Shown: in pieces, positions 63,011 to 64,000 of the stretch
Numbering within the stretch: position 1 is the first letter of the stretch
Layout of the letters: the number at the start of each line of letters is the position of its first letter
From: Mobula hypostoma
Lineage: Eukaryota
Direction of reading: 5' to 3'
NCBI RefSeq assembly: GCF_963921235.1
Contig: NC_086116.1
Coordinates: forward strand, 23,870,001-23,934,000
DNA length: 64,000 bases
The notes under the pieces: model-generated
Seen by the model: only the letters and a program-made list of their open reading frames with translations
Databases searched by the model: none
What the model was told of the DNA's origin: nothing
Translations under genes and position numbers: made by a program

Positions 63011-63822
63011 CAACCAAACAAGTTATCTCTTAATTTATCCAATATTCCTTTCACCATGGCTGATCTTCATTGTTATTTTGGGATGCTAGTGGTGCCTCTA
63101 CATTAAGTGCTGGCCCGTCATTCCTGGAGGTGTGGACAACTTTCCCAGCCTGTCCTGCAATTGCATGCAGTTTTATTTTATTCTTTTGAATTGATCAGAA
63201 TTAGAGTTCCTTTAAGCAATGTACATTGGATAATTCTACTATTCTTTTGAATATTGAATAGTTCTGACTTAACGTATTACCACATCAATGCAGAGAGGCG
63301 TTTTTCTCTAGCTAGGAAATTTACAGTGGCAGGATAATGGTTTTGGGGTAAGTGGTCCATGAATTTGGACAAAGATGAAAAAATCTGAATGTCTTGAAAT
63401 CTTCTGGAGTATTGCAGATTGGCATTCACTGAATGTTTTAATCTCTAATTTAATGAAGCTTTTGTAATTGTATCTTATGAATTGTGGGTAGTGGATGTCA
63501 GACTGGAAAGTGTATGAGATAATTGGCTTTGATCTGATGTAAAGGTAGAAAAATCAAAGGCTCTGTTGTGTAGCTTCCCCATTCTTTGCTTCTGTTAGCA
63601 TTTTAAAATTATGTTGCTGCCAATGTCATTAGTTTTTGCTTAACATTTTAGTTAGAGGTTTCTTTAGTTTTGTACTTAGTATGAAAATCTAAAATGAACT
63701 GCTTTGCTGCAGCGTTTGTCAATTACATTTTTAAAAAAACAATTTGTGGGCCATATATACAGACCACAGTTATTTGGATTATTCGTATCAATATGCTTAA
63801 TATATATATTTCATTTTTTCAG

Positions 63823-63945
63823 GTGGGCAATGGCAGAAGGATATGGTGCTTGCTTAATCAATAAACCAGAATTGGTTCAGGATATGGTGCGTAAAGTTAG
63901 AAATCAAGTGGAATGCCCAGAGTTTTCAGTCTCCATTAAGATAAG
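63823..63945 (+). CDS. DUS4L: DUS4L coding exon 4 (RWAMAEGYGACLINKPELVQDMVRKVRNQVECPEFSVSIKIR)
   Basis: 123 nt, AG/GT boundaries; gene continues beyond the window. Confidence 0.96.
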
Positions 63946-64000
63946 GTAGTTTTGAAAATGCAAATAAATTTGGGTTTAAAATTACTTAGTTATAAACTTG

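Overview
Eukaryotic, AT-rich vertebrate genomic DNA. The repeat families (HE1/V-SINE-like, CR1/L2, Rex1/Babar, Penelope) point to a cartilaginous fish, probably a ray; this is an inference. The window is the conserved COG5/GPR22/DUS4L locus. COG5 coding exons 1-6 lie on the minus strand (49801 to 15673). The single-coding-exon orphan GPCR GPR22 is nested antisense in COG5 intron 6 (7421-8578). DUS4L starts head-to-head with COG5, 288 bp away, and four of its coding exons are present (50090-63945). The introns are packed with transposons: a full-length two-gene Harbinger, a hAT/Buster derivative, a 6.8-kb retrovirus-like provirus lacking RT and env, a Tc1 element, two copies of a Tigger derivative carrying a ~230-bp fold-back MITE, a solo LTR, and many LINE/SINE/Penelope fragments, several nested 3-4 levels deep. 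Most notable: (1) GPR22 has lost its ancestral first ATG and has TAG at a conserved Trp codon in a leaky TAG-CTAG context; (2) the unusual provirus has a tRNA-Leu PBS, a 5-bp TSD, two zinc knuckles, splice signals and an unexplained 3' region; (3) the bidirectional promoter contains a perfect DR1. No prokaryotic-type system (CRISPR etc.) is present. Homologies were recognised from memory of the protein families, not from database searches.
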